DNA of 56,231 bases from NCBI GenBank assembly GCA_019828565.1, contig JAHDYR010000055.1, positions 47,964 through 104,194 of the forward strand, given 5' to 3'. Source of the stretch: Carpediemonas membranifera BICM. Taxonomy: Eukaryota; Protista; Fornicata. Positions 54,107-56,231 of the stretch are shown in pieces. The position numbers and the translations under genes were made by a program. The notes under the pieces were generated by a model. It saw only the letters and a program-made list of their open reading frames with translations. It searched no databases and was not told the DNA's origin. Within the stretch, counting starts at the first letter, position 1, and the number at the start of each line of letters is the position of its first letter.

Positions 54107-56231
54107 ATGGAAACGTTCAAGATCTTAAGCCTGAACACTCAGGGGCACATAGGACGAGGAAAGGACTTCACGGCATCAATAGCAACAGCAATTCAAACCA
54201 AACTCAGAGACATTGAAGCGGTTTGTATACAAGAGACATGGAGAACAGCAAACACAAGAGTCCACAGCTTCATAGACTTCCAGTACGCTTTAGCAGGCAG
54301 AGAAACAGAGGAAACACTAGCAACAACGAACGAAAAGCGGAAAAGAGAGACCAGGTGCCAGCATCGCGTGAACAGACAACTGGGAATCACAGGTGACGAC
54401 CCCCTACACCCAAGTGGCACGGGACCAGAGAAGGCATCGGCACAATCGTAAGCCCGCATGCCAGAGCAACATGGGATGTCGGCATCACTGACAGCCTGTC
54501 AGGAAGAGTGCAGGCGAGTATTATGAGGACGAGCAGAGACATCATGGTAATCACAGTGTATGCACCCACTTCAGATAAAGGGAAGACAGTGAAAGATCAG
54601 TTCAGAGACAACATCCAAGAGATACTGGACATGAAAGGGGACATGGAAGCAATCATCATTGGGGACTGGAACATGGCCCCAGGGCCGGCACACGGAACCA
54701 CCAGGTGGAAGGATGTTATGGACAAACACAAACTCAGAGCAATCATACCAGAGAGGGGCACATTATCCAGTGGCAACACCACACCGGACTTCGCAATGGT
54801 CTCAGAGGGAATCAGGAAAGCAGAGATTCAAGTGGTCAGCTCGACAGTGCTGGGAGTATGGGGGTCGGCCCACGAAGGGGTCAAGCTTGCCTGGGAAGAA
54901 CCCCGATACAGAGCCAACAGAGACGATGACAGTGGCCTGGAAATGCCAGGAGTGCACACATGGAATATGAAAGGGAGGGAGGGCCACACAACAATCAAGG
55001 AGCTAGACAGAAACGGATCGATAGATCAGTGGGAGGAGACAATCAGAGCCTGCCTGGGGGAACCAGCCGGGGAGAAGAGAGCCAAGCCACGAGAGCAGAT
55101 AGTACAAGACAGCGCATGGGCCTACCTCCATGAAACAGAATGGTCAGAAGCAGGCAACAAGGTGAGGACGAGACTAATGAACAGCGAACTGAAGAAGTAC
55201 TGGGACAAACGCAGAGAAGAGTGGATAGCCGACCTCAGCAAGAGCACAAGAGAGGGATACAAAGCGTCGAGATCAATTGTAGAGGCAGCAGTTAGAAGGT
55301 GGTGGTGTGAAAACCAGTACAAAGGGATGCCTGGCAGCCTGCTCAAGGACGGAATGATCACCACGGACAAGGCCACGATCAGTGAAATCCTGCTTAAGCA
55401 GTACGCGAAGGTAAGTAGAGGCAGAGAACCAGAGTGGAAGGAGTGGCCTGGCATAGGAGGGGACGAATTCTCCAAGGAGGAAGTGAGAAGCAGCCATCAG
55501 TAAGATTAAGAGGGACACAGTCCCGGGCCCAGAGAACACAACAGGGACAATGCTAAAAAGAAGAACTCGTCATGGAAACGGAGACTCAAGGGCTTACGAT
55601 CACATGAGCAGTGTATATAGAAGGAAAAGATCCAGGGCGTGGAAGTACGCAACAGTGTCAGCCATCCACAAGTCGGGCAAACCCAGAGTCAAACCAGAGT
55701 CGTACATGCCCATCTCGCTCACCCCGCTGCTATACAGAGTATACGGTCGGCTGCTAAAGAAGAGACTAGAGAAGGCTACCAAAAGGTTCATACCCAGAGA
55801 GCAGGCAGGATTCCAACCCGAAAGGGACGTAGTGCAGCAGATCCAGTATATAGTGCAGAGACACCAGGAAGGGGGGGAGACGACCTCAGTGTTCCTAGAC
55901 ATAGAGAAGGCATACGACACAGTGCCAAGAGACACCCTGATGGACAAACTCCAGGGAATGGGAGTGGAGGCCCACCTTATCAGAGCAATCCAGAGCACAC
56001 TACAAGAGACATGGATATCAGTGAAAGGGGCTAAGTCATGGGAAAGGACAAACAGGGGGGTGAAGCAAGGGTGCGTACTAGCCCCGACCCTGTTTGTTCT
56101 CTTCATAACAGAAGCTGGCCCACACCTGAGTCCAGGAAAAAGCACATGAGCGAGCCTATGATATCAGAGAACCACCAGTGGAAACAACAAGTACAGAGAC
56201 TCCCACAGCAGTGCTAACCATGTTTGAGTGC
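54107..56231 (+). pseudogene. LINE ORF2: AP endonuclease plus reverse transcriptase (frameshifted, partial)
   Basis: ILSLNTQG, CIQETW, VYAPT, IIGDWN, SAH; IHKSGK, YMPISL, QAGFQ, FLDIEKAYDTV, GVKQGCVLAPTLF. Confidence 0.92.

Larger units (their letters stand above)
49404..56231 (+). mobile_element. Large APE-type non-LTR retrotransposon (LINE), runs off the window end
   Basis: Begins exactly where the Gypsy-3 LTR match stops; uniform A/G-rich (CAGAG) bias throughout; APE and RT ORFs. Confidence 0.8.

Overview
A eukaryotic (probably protist) transposon cluster; almost all of the window is nested mobile DNA around one tRNA-Lys(CTT) gene. It holds (i) four LTR-retrotransposon families with very short LTRs (57-122 bp): Gypsy-1 (defective), two near-identical Gypsy-2 copies, an intact Gypsy-3, and a 1.4-kb non-autonomous Gag-like/chromodomain mini-element; (ii) four pieces of tyrosine-recombinase (DIRS/Ngaro-like) retrotransposons; (iii) a DD37E IS630/Tc1 transposon with a second zinc-knuckle ORF, a 745-bp foldback MITE and a 4.2-kb TA-flanked TIR element; (iv) a truncated non-LTR insertion and a large APE-RT LINE; (v) a GNAT / HTH-like / OTU-like gene cluster and two GGCGCC minisatellite arrays. 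The main novelties follow. All four LTR families carry a perfect 12-bp palindrome with covarying sequence where the tRNA primer-binding site should be. Gypsy-1 and Gypsy-2 carry a homologous antisense accessory gene ending in a divergent chromodomain, and the Gypsy-2 gene has a predicted 34-nt intron. The LINE region encodes a DEDDh exonuclease with the Maelstrom/arenavirus-NP zinc motif. Many frameshifts lie in homopolymer runs and may be sequencing errors. All domain calls are by-eye motif recognition; no searches were run.
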